From: Owenia fusiformis | Taxonomy: Eukaryota | Assembly (NCBI GenBank): GCA_903813345.2 | Contig: CAIIXF020000001.1 | Location: forward strand, 17,980,001 to 18,044,000 | Reading direction: 5' to 3' | DNA: 64,000 nucleotides | Shown here: one piece after another, positions 53,431 to 64,000 of the stretch | How positions within the stretch are numbered: position 1 is the first letter of the stretch | Layout: each line of letters begins with the position of its first letter | Translations under genes and position numbers: made by a program | The notes under the pieces: model-generated | Told to the model about the DNA's origin: nothing | Databases searched by the model: none | What the model saw: only the letters and a program-made list of their open reading frames with translations

Positions 53431-54669
53431 CCTTTGAATAAACCCAATATACTATCCTTTCCTAGGTATTACACCTGTTTAATTTTCTTCAATGATTCCA
53501 AAGACTATTTAGCAGCTTGGTCATCTGAATATAGCAGTCCTATGATATCCATGTCATACCTCCCAAGAATATTTAAGAAGAATATTTGCTTTTTCGAGTA
53601 TTTTCCACGAAATTGGCCTTCACTTTCAATATACTGTATATATATTAAATGTCAAATAAGCCCCGTATCTCCTGTTACAGCAAAACCTTAATATATGGTA
53701 TCTAGTGTGATATACCATTGGAAATATGGTTAGTGTGCCTCCCTGCAGCAGCTTTCTTTTACGTAAAGATGAGTAGGTTATGGCATCAGAAATATAACAA
53801 AAATGTTATCTTTTCGCATTACACTTGTTACAAAAATGTCTTCATCTAACCCTATTCTGAAACGATTAAATTCACTGCCATATACATGTGTTGTAGTCTT
53901 GGGTTCCTTTGACTTTTCTGATGCCTGATTCTCAAATTTTGCAAAATGGCAATTTGTGACATTGCTTGGAATTACATATGCTAAGCCATGTAAATTTTAA
54001 CGATATTTCCAAGAATATATCACACTTGGTACCTTCGTTATACATCTATCTTTGTTTCGGTTGTAGACGGTGGACTTATTTGACACCATGTGTATTTAAA
54101 TGTTATTGTATAGAATGTTTAGGTGAAGTACCAAACATTTGGGACCACCAAGTATATTAACATATTTATGGGTATTAGTATGGTAATAATATATCTGTGA
54201 TATTGTGATGATATGTTGTGTTCGATGCTGTTCACCTACGTGAATTAATGTTGACCTAATTTATAAACTGTAGCAATGTTGACTGAAAAGTGGAAGGGAT
54301 AGTTTAGCCCCATATAAAAGGCAAACTTAAACAATGAATCATCTGTTAAACTTTTCATTTTGAGCCGAATAAATCATCCTTGATTTATCATCAATTACTT
54401 ATGGCCGTACATGAATTCACCCCCAAGCAAGTGATATACAAAAAGTAGCAACGAAACCGTCACTTGGTTTCATGGGTCATTTTTTACAATAGACAAAGAA
54501 ACTGCGGTGTGGGAATATTTATCTAAATCTGTGTCTCTATAGGCTTGATAATGTATGGCTTCTAGACAGGTCAAGATAGATACATCTCAATTCACCTTAA
54601 GATGATAATATACAGAATGGCTCGCAAAGCTCTGTAGACAGTTCCAGATAATAAGTTAAAGATACGAAT

Positions 54670-54868
54670 GCGCAAAAACCAAAGGGAAAGTGCCAAAGAT
54701 GGTTACAGAAAACAGCAAGAAAAATAATACATCGAGGAGTACTCTAGTCATAAAAACAAACCCAACTATCCCAAATCATAATCCAACGTGAAAAGAAACG
54801 GTGTCCAATGTCCACCTCTCCCACCATTCTAGTCCCAATATCACAATTCGATACCACAACACCAAGGG
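54670..54868 (+). repeat. Dispersed ~200-bp repeat, copy 2 (more diverged)
   Basis: tatcccaaatcataatccaacgtgaaaagaaac...ccaatatcacaat...acaccaaggg aligns to 6380-6578. Confidence 0.7.
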
Positions 54869-56275
54869 GCGTTTCATTCATACTAAAGTCATTACAATAC
54901 ATGTTGAAGAATAAATTAAAAATTGATAGCCAATACTCATAATATCAAAAAGTGTTTTAGATACTTGTCTTAATCCAAGTAATATTGTATTGAGTCTTAA
55001 ATGATGTTGGATAAACAAAATTCAATTTAATCTCGAAGTCTTGTAATAAATTTCTTATTTGCATTCTTTATTTTTTCAGATACCTTTTTGAATCGTTAAA
55101 TAATTCATATAGCTAGATTCTCTTGCGATAATCTCCCGTGCCCCTTCCATTTTAGTGTAAGGGATTGGCTGATACATGCTAGGGGCAAATGAGCTTGATG
55201 CGAGGCTTAATCTAATATAACGTTTTATATATAAATGTGTGTTATACATTTCCAACCATTTTTATCATATTTGAATAATGGTGAATTGCTATTACAATGT
55301 TAGCACTAAATTCACAAAGACCTGATTTCAATTTGCCTCTTGGGAATGTATCATTGATTAATATTCCTAGCCTAAATTATGTTCTTTTCGGATTCATCAA
55401 TTGCTCTCAAATTGTCCAAAAGCCAACTTTTACACTTGGTCCGTTAATAACTATGAATACTGTCAGTGAAACATTTTTCATGTTTTATAATGATGTTAAT
55501 GTCACACGTTGTGAGATCCTCGATGGTTTTCTAATATAATCACCACCTTGCAAGGCCTGTTCTCAAGGTTTCATTACTAGTTTAGGAGGCTTATATTTTA
55601 CAATATTGACTTGAGCAATAGGTGGAGCCATAGTGGCAGGCCATGGTCACAGTGTCATAGTTGTCATTATCCGACCTAGTGAAGGGCGAATAACGAGTTT
55701 GGCCCTTGGTCGAAGAGTGCCCGCTGAAAAGGTTATTGATATGTTCGTCTTTAGAATTGGCAAGTTAATACATAAAAACAAACAAATGCCCGGGCAAACT
55801 TCAATTTTGTTCTAAAGCACATGTCTCATTGTTGGATCCAGAGCCTTTACTTTTACTTACCTTTGGAATAGATAGAGAGGGGCTCTGATATATCAGAATG
55901 CACATTCCTAGACATCAGGTGAAAAATGGGTGTTCAAAAGAGATTCAGGTTGTATAGTGATACATATTCTTATTCTTAAAACCGATTTATTTGCTCTATT
56001 TTTGCCCCTTCAGGGATACAATTGCAAACTATGGGCCTAATCTAGTTCACCAGGAAATACATATATCTGCAAGTGATAATCACTGACATAATCCGCTAAT
56101 TCAACACATTTATCGTGAATTACTCGAAGAAACAGAATTTATTGGAAAGCCAAATCTTGGCTTGGATAAGGCATAACAAACCATATGCTTAAAAATAAAG
56201 GTTGCAATAAAGCGAATATTGATTTTGCTAAATGGTTGACACTGTCAAATATCATGCTGTATCTCATACTTAAGT

Positions 56276-56585
56276 GGGTTTGGGGTAGATATCACTCGGG
56301 AATATATATCATATCTGAGGAGTTTAATTTTAATTTTAAAATTTAAATTTTTTAAGTTTAAATGTTACAATTTCATTGTATTGAACAAAAAGAATATTAC
56401 GAAAATGTTAAATATAAATATCTTGTCATTTGAAAAAGGTGGAAAAGAATATATCTACCCTAAACCCTATATCCTTGGGATATACAATACATCTTCCCTC
56501 GGTCACTTCGGTCCCTCGGGAAGATATATTGTATACCCCTCGGGATATTCCCTGTATCCAAAACCTCCCAGTGCATAACCCCTAT
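56276..56585 (-). mobile_element. Partial inverted relative of the 11052-11629 foldback element
   Basis: 56468-56585 is the near-identical reverse complement of ~11186-11303; both give EDILY.PRDIPCIQNLPVHNPY in the ORF track. An additional IR pairs 56276-56292 with 56451-56467. Confidence 0.8.
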
Positions 56586-56888
56586 GTATTCACCAGTGAT
56601 ATCAGGTTGTATATTTGTATAATAATATAATTTATCAATATAATACCATCCTCAGCATGTTACTTTATCTCATCTTTCTCTGGGTCTTTCATATAGGTGG
56701 CGTGCATGTATACAATAATTTAATATATACACCCTATTGTAAATCATATACAATTCGTTAGACCGTGTGGTAGATTATTCTTGGAAAAATCAAGTTTAAT
56801 AAAATGCAGTATTCATTGGTATATACGAATTCACTTTTTGAATTTTTTCTTCAACATGTATTGTTATGTCTAAAGTATGAATGAAAAT

Positions 56889-57087
56889 TCCCTTGGTGTT
56901 CTTGTAGCAGATTGTGGTATTGTCTCTCAATTGGAGGGGGAATGGGGTGTTAGACATTATTTCTTTTCACGTTAGATCATGGTTTTGGGATATACTATAG
57001 GGTCTATTTTTCTTAAGACAGGTTTACAATTAGAGTTTGCTTTTCTTATTGGTTTTTTTTACAGTTTTTCCTGTCCCTTTGGCACTT
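56889..57087 (-). repeat. Dispersed ~200-bp repeat, copy 3
   Basis: ttcttttcacgttagatcatggttttgggatata is the exact reverse complement of the core of copy 1, and the flanks align along the whole length. Confidence 0.8.
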
Positions 57088-60000
57088 AATTCATATACTG
57101 TTCAACGATATGCATTATGAAAAAGTATAATATGGCCATTTATGATGTAAACGGTTGGTATCTGAATTATTGCATATACATGTCTTCATTTTGTTAACAC
57201 AAACTACTTTAAATGCATTGTTAAAAACGCATATATCATTTATAGTTTCGTTTTAAAGGCATCGCTAGTTTTAAACATAAATTGTGTATAATAATTGTAC
57301 AATACTACCCCGGGAATACTACGGTCAGAGAATCCCTGCAGATTAGTCTATGAAGTGCATGTATCGAAGTAGATTCGATGGCGAAGGCGTTCATTCCCAA
57401 ACTGAGAGAGAGAAAAGTTCAAACTGTCTGCTCAGAGACCCCAATTAGCCCAAGAAGGCTTGCGACAATAAATGGTTCATCTGAAACTCACAACGTATCT
57501 TAATTTGCATTTCTGTTGTAATAACAAGTATAATCTTCAAATATAACACTTCTCTTGAAGGGGGTATGTTCACCAGTCGAGTAAGTACTATATGAGGATA
57601 TTGCACATTTAATGGATATTCGAGTTAGTAATATTACTCAATCATGTATTAGGTCTTTGTAACCGGAATCTGATTTTATAACGACAAGCATGCAAAATGA
57701 ACACATCGTCAGTAGACTATTGGGACATTCCTTTGTAAAAATGGACACGATATTAACAAACCTACTCATATTTAGTGGGGAATTATTCATGTTCATATAT
57801 TTGGTTTGTGCAAATTGGAAGCACAGAGGCTTTATAAAATTCAGTCTTAACATAGGCCTATATACATTTCTGCTGTTTGCGACATTTATGGTTGTTTATT
57901 GCCTCATAAACATGGTCTCCAATGATTGTATTTTTAGAATAAAGCATTCATATGGGGAACCGGCCAACTGGTATGCCAAGGTTTGTTGGGTATAGTACAG
58001 TTTTCACCAGTAGATAAGTTTTTCTTAATATACGGCTTGTTTCAAACAATACTGGTCTGTTTCCACCATCGAACTACTAAATCCTGAAGTCCAGTATATT
58101 TGTATAAAACGGAACATTAAATTATTAGACATAAATAATGAATAATTTATTTGCTGGAACAGTACTTGGCATCGCATTCGTTTGGTATCCTTTGGGGTGT
58201 AATTTAATTCACATAATACGCTAAATTGAAATGTAATTTCTCAGCAATTTGCCATTTGGTTAATGTGTATACTAACATCAGTTTCGCAACGTTATGCTGA
58301 GCGTTATGTGGGTTACCATAAGATACGGTAATACCCCTCTGATGATAATCATTGAAACATTTAAATAAAGATTGTCTGGCAGTGGGCGTGTCTGTTAAAT
58401 TTATTAACCTTCCTAGAATATCGTTTGAAAAGGTTTACCAATTCAGAGAAGACGACAAATCCAACCTGGATGCGTCCTGCATGATAAGTCATCTTAAACT
58501 ACCCCTAGGAAAGATCAATGATCTAACCATAATTTGTCTGGGGATTTCATCTTCTTGGAACATGCAATTTAAGAACAACCTAATTCAGATGTAAAGGCTT
58601 TGGAGCATTTTAATTGCATCCTGTTCGCTTTCTACATTGAATGTTCTAAAACAGCTTGCGCATTACCCACAAGATGAAACAATTGTCCGTAATTACACAT
58701 CATCTCATTATTTTAATTAAAGAATTATATACATCTCTCAGGAAGATATATTATAACTGTAGTTTGACAAACAAACACGTGCCTGACCCTACGCTCAAAG
58801 CACCCAGTAACCAAGGGTCAGTGTTTCATCAGAGTCAAATGGTCATGTCAATTCCGTATCAAGGCTCACTTGTTGTAATGATGTGTTTCGGTGATAGATA
58901 ACCACTTCAATTGGGGGTCTTTTGGTGCATTCTTATTTAGATTTCACAACGGATATAAATATGTGAAATAGTTAACATCGATGTGTATTTCCCAACAAAA
59001 TTAATCGTATAATATTTCTCACTTACTTTATCCGGCTTAATAACTCGATATAGTTCAATGCAATGTTAAGACAAGTCATTAGATCGTGGGAACTAATTAT
59101 TTACCATTAAAAGAAATACGTTTAATGAAACAAACCAGATGGTTTACGACATGTAAGTAAATTTTAAATGACTATTTTGGTAAATTCAATCCTGAACTCA
59201 TTCTCTAATAAACTTTTTTAATACAAACTACATCAGAAACAAGAATGCAAGACCAATAATATAAAATACACACATTTTTATTCCATTGCCCTGCAAAACA
59301 GGTCAACCTACAAACACCTTCATAAAATTTTATTTTAATTCGTAAAATATTCTAAAAATGTAAAATGTGTTGAAAATTACAATCGTAGAATGCTTTTCTG
59401 CCCACGGCCATCTTGGATTCTTAAGAAACTCAGTCAAGCGGCTAAGACGTTTCTGTTTGAATTTACAGTGAGTTATAACCAAAAATCAACAAAATGCAAC
59501 ATTATCCAGAGTTGACATTGTTATAAATCAGACTTTATGAACAATAATGGATCGATTAGTCACATGGCTTTCTTAACTTCGTTAATATTTTAAAAGTCAA
59601 AGATATTTTCACACGTTCATCCTGCCATAAACCTTTGCAAATGTAATCAAGTGAATTTTAGCAGTTTTAATTAACATCCTAAGAATCGCAAAAAGCTTTC
59701 ATGACTTGAATACTTATTTTTCTTTTCTGTAGATTTAGGTTTCTGTTTTATCGCCCTACTAGTGGAGGGACATCAAACGAATGCAGTAAAGTACCATAAA
59801 ACCTGTCAAAGGCGAGCCAGCCATCATGGCATTCAAGACTACAAGGGAACGAGAGAATATACATGCAATTCGTCAATATTCCTAACAAGCTTGAGATGTG
59901 TTTGTCTTCCTTCTTCTTATTTTACCGAACTCTCATCTAAACCTACTACACATTTAACAAATAAGACTTCAAAGGCACCGCCATTGATGGCTACCGAATG

Positions 60001-63000
60001 TAGAGTTGACAGGTCAACGAGCAATTGAAAACAATCGCTTCACTTTTAAGATAACGGCTTTGTTTAAGTATCAAGAGTGCTACATACTTAACTCAACTTT
60101 GTATCTCAACTATGTTTACATGTAATTCCATAATATTTGATTCACGTATATGACAGCCATTATATATATACTATACTCAGTCAATGTATATTTCTCTAAC
60201 TTTTACGAGCCCCCTATAAAGGTTTTGTCCAAAATACACCTAGAAACTATGTTATCTAAGACATTAAATGCCAATAACTTATATAGAATATTGCTGGAAT
60301 GCAGAAATGCACTGGTAGAAAAACTAGCAATAATCAAGTGTTATTTGTTGATACTTGACCTTCAAGTACTGCGCATCGTTATAAACACTATGTCGGTGTT
60401 CTTATATATCACCGTTTCTTAGATACACTTTTCAATTAGAGTTGGTTCATCTCGGTTGATTAAAATAAAATACGAGCTTTTAATTTCAAACTATGCGCCC
60501 ATCTGTAGGTATTTATGGACATTGACGATTACAAGGTGTACATTTTCTACACTGAATTATATTCTCGTTGACAGAATTGTTCATTGAATATCATGCCGTT
60601 GCTCGAATTACACAATAATTATTGTTGTTTAGTTTGTAAAATAGTGTTACATATTGTATGATAGTTGGCTATATTGGTTATTGTACTTTTTCATATTCAT
60701 TTCAGCTTTCCTTCATATTAACCTTCAGTTTCACATCCTTGAATTGCCACCAATAAATGAATGTTTATTGATGCCATAAAAAGACAACAAAAAGCATTCA
60801 ATGTTATATGGTATTCAAAGACTATAAACGTTTACGATATACATGTCAATTTATATTTGTTCGTTTACCATGATAGAGATCATGGTGTTCTGTTTGATTT
60901 CAGAAGTAGAGTGCATTGTGATACATCATACTAACAATTGTAATTTATACTCATTGTTTTGCACCGGCCTTCTGATATACAATACCCTTTTGCCTGAATG
61001 CCATACCTTGTAATTAATGAATTTCATTGTTATCAGAAAAGGTAATCATAATGTATAGTAATTACTACATTATCCGTTAATGCAACAGACTTATTTTCTA
61101 GAAATTGGGATATAATTAAAGGAAACGCGGCGATATAGAAATTATAGATGTGATATCAACTATGATACGTGAGATCAAAAACAATACTTAAATATAATAT
61201 ATTAAAAAACATTAGTAAATTATCTTTAACTCCAAATCCTTTGTGTCTGTTCACAAACGATGCGTGGAGTGGAAGTGACAAGGTATGTAGCACATCAGTA
61301 TATTTTATTGTGTTTTTCTGCGAAAAATGAACAGGAGATATCATTTCAGATGAAGACTTTTAGTGCTAAGTACACCGAAATCAATCAATCTCTAAATTGA
61401 AGAAACTGTCCCTTGATTTTACATAAAGTTATTAATATTTCTTAGGAAAATAATTCTTGGGGTAGCAATACCTCAATTTGACGAAACTGTTCCTTGATTT
61501 ACCATTACGTTATTAATAATTCTTTGGGAAATTCATGGGGTATTAATACCTTTAGCCGCCATGCTAACGGTCTTGTGGTCCAAATGATATTGTCGGTTTG
61601 AGGGTTATAATTGTATTATGCTGGGAATTTCAAAGAAATACGTGTAGAGTTTCGGCATGGAGGTAATACATAGACATAAAAAGAAGCAAAGCAAATATAT
61701 TGGTGCAAAGGGAGGTTATTTTTACTTCAGAAAACAAATTTAATCAACTTACAGAAGCAATTAAGGAGCTTTTAGTACCGCAGTGCAATTGTTCTTTTTC
61801 AATCTCTTGGTATATCTGACATAACACAAAGCGATAACAATAAAATAATTCCGTATTCCTTTTTGTTTACTCGAAGTGCTATCTAATTTCGGTGTTTGTC
61901 CGAATTGTTCATCAACAAGAATCCAATTTAAGCATATCACATTCATGTACCAGTAGAGAAACGCTGTATATATACGAGTACAAGTAGATATTAGTGAACT
62001 AAACCATGATACTTCCTTTTGTGAAGATTAACCATCATTGCTTGTTATCCATCCCTGGTCCATCCCTTTATATGCCCGTTTTACTGTACGTGCACTACAA
62101 AATTGACTTTTTATTTACTCCTGGAACTAATACGATCATAAGTCCAGTATCGTCTATTGTTATAGTTGTAAACACCAAATGCCATGAGGATTGTTGCTGT
62201 CAACGAGTGCAAACCTACTACGGTAATAAGCCAAAGTATCAATTAATACTAACTGGTGATTATAATCATCATTTTCTGTATAAATGACTTGATGGAGATC
62301 ATACCCGATCAGGACAATAGCTTTATATAGCTTCGGGATAACAATTTATATTCTAACTGCATATCCCTTGTCCATCCTCATGATGAGTAAGGGAACATGT
62401 TGCTTGGTCAAACTATTTTATGATATAGCCAAAAGTATCCCCAACAGATTCCTAACTTTAGAACACTCTGTATATATCATGGAACGTCACTGAACAAATA
62501 TTATTATTATCACTCAAAACAAATCCCAATTTTTCAAAGGTACTCACCTTCTCTGAATTGGAAGTCCCACATACCAATCAACAAGTAAACATTTGTTGAG
62601 GGGAATTTGACCCATTTCACCTTTTTAGTTTGTAACAAAATGCGATACATATTCAGATAATTGGATTCTGTAAATTAATTTATTTTAGATATTTTGTATA
62701 CATATATAACCTGTTTTACTCCGGGCCTTAACATGTATATTATAGTTCATGTATTGGAAGTTGCAAAGGGACAGATAAGATATTGAAATACATGCAGACT
62801 TTGAGTTAGTTGAGTATTTATAAACTAAATCAATATAATTATAATCAAGAGAAAATATATTCATATTAACTTGAACTGGCTCCATCGACATATTCTACAT
62901 GATCATCAGCGTTATACAGATAAGCTATGACATATATATGAGTGCGGGGGCGTCAACATCCCATACCACGGTAAAGGGAGTCATTAAATCCATTAACTTT

Positions 63001-64000
63001 TCTTTTATGATAATTTACAATCGCTAAGTGATTTTTACATGTATTAACCTGAGATTATGCTACAGCGGCCAAGTGAAGCCTCTAAATAACAGTACACCGG
63101 TGATAAACGTCCAAACTGGGCCATTCAAGAGTGTCACATTGACATAAAATCCGTACTGGAAATTAACCCACAATTAATTAGATCATTTTGTATAGGAATT
63201 TGTAAGGCGATTGGTAGAGTCGCACCACGTGATCATTTATGTCGAAGGTCACGCAGCAAAATTTGCCATAAATCGACATTATATTTCTGCCGTTAAAAAG
63301 TATTCATTACCCGCCAGCCATTTAGACAGTTTATTGTGCAAAACTCTGTTCGTTAAGACAGACCTAGCCCATCTATGTGTTCGAATAGTTGGATTATGTG
63401 ATTTTTCCAGAGTTTCTAGGGATTTAGCAGAATTTTGAACAATGCAGTTAGCAGCGACAATGGGCAGCCCTAGACAAGACACACGTGGTAAGTTATGCCA
63501 GATTGTTTGACTCAATACGTCACCACTTCATTATGTTTGAATATCATTAAACAATAACGGTAGTATCTTGGGTGGGATGAATTCGGGTATCACATACACA
63601 GTGTGTCCTCTATGCAACAACTCAGATATTCCAAACGTTGGCATTGTGTAAGATTTCGTAATCAATTGCAATATACATATTTAGATGCGTAATTCAATGC
63701 CATTCATACATCTGCGCATATGGATGCATGACCGAATAAAAAGTCACGTTTATAAATCGTTCTTGGGGACAATGCCAAAAAACAATACTGAATTTCATTG
63801 TTGATCTGTATAAACAGAGCCATGTTTGCTAATCGATGTCATTGATCATGCAAGGTTGAGGCATATTTCAAGAGTTCAAATAAGGGCATATCTCAATAAT
63901 TAAATTCAAGATGGCTGACTATAATCATGTACATACATATCCATAACGTTTTCTGACAAACATTTTAGCTTATGTTCTTACTGAAAAACCTGAATTTAAG

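Noticed and set aside
54670-57087. Two inverted ~200-bp copies as TIRs of one 2.4-kb element
   Set aside because: They look more diverged from each other than copy 3 is from the distant copy at 6380, and no TSD is evident.
1-64000. Additional homeoboxes (Post2, Lox4), tRNA or rRNA genes
   Set aside because: I saw no second WFQNRR-type motif in the ORF track or by eye, and no convincing tRNA or rRNA sequence; short exons could have been missed.

Overview
AT-rich, intron-containing animal genomic DNA, almost certainly lophotrochozoan and probably a bivalve mollusc (inferred from the Hox paralog and the repeat types). The only intact protein-coding gene I can support is the two-exon Hox gene Lox2 (Ubx/abd-A-like class; + strand, CDS 36045-36426 joined to 38977-39260, 221 aa, with MSSYF, FYPWM, a homeodomain and the UbdA peptide). 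The rest is Hox-locus intergenic DNA carrying non-autonomous DNA transposons and tandem repeats; nearly all other ORFs in the track are spurious. The most notable structure is a 3003-bp element (7305-10307) with CACTGTG...CACAGTG ends (RSS-heptamer-like), ~63-bp TIRs and a 5-bp TSD, the Transib/RAG-like signature. It carries a decayed, spliced cargo ORF with a kelch/RAG2-like stretch and two nested insertions. Also notable: a TSD-less foldback element whose terminal hairpin is only completed if its two ends are joined into a circle, a family of multi-hairpin foldback elements, and speculative miR-10-like and iab-4/8-like sequences near Lox2. All calls were made by eye; no database search was run.
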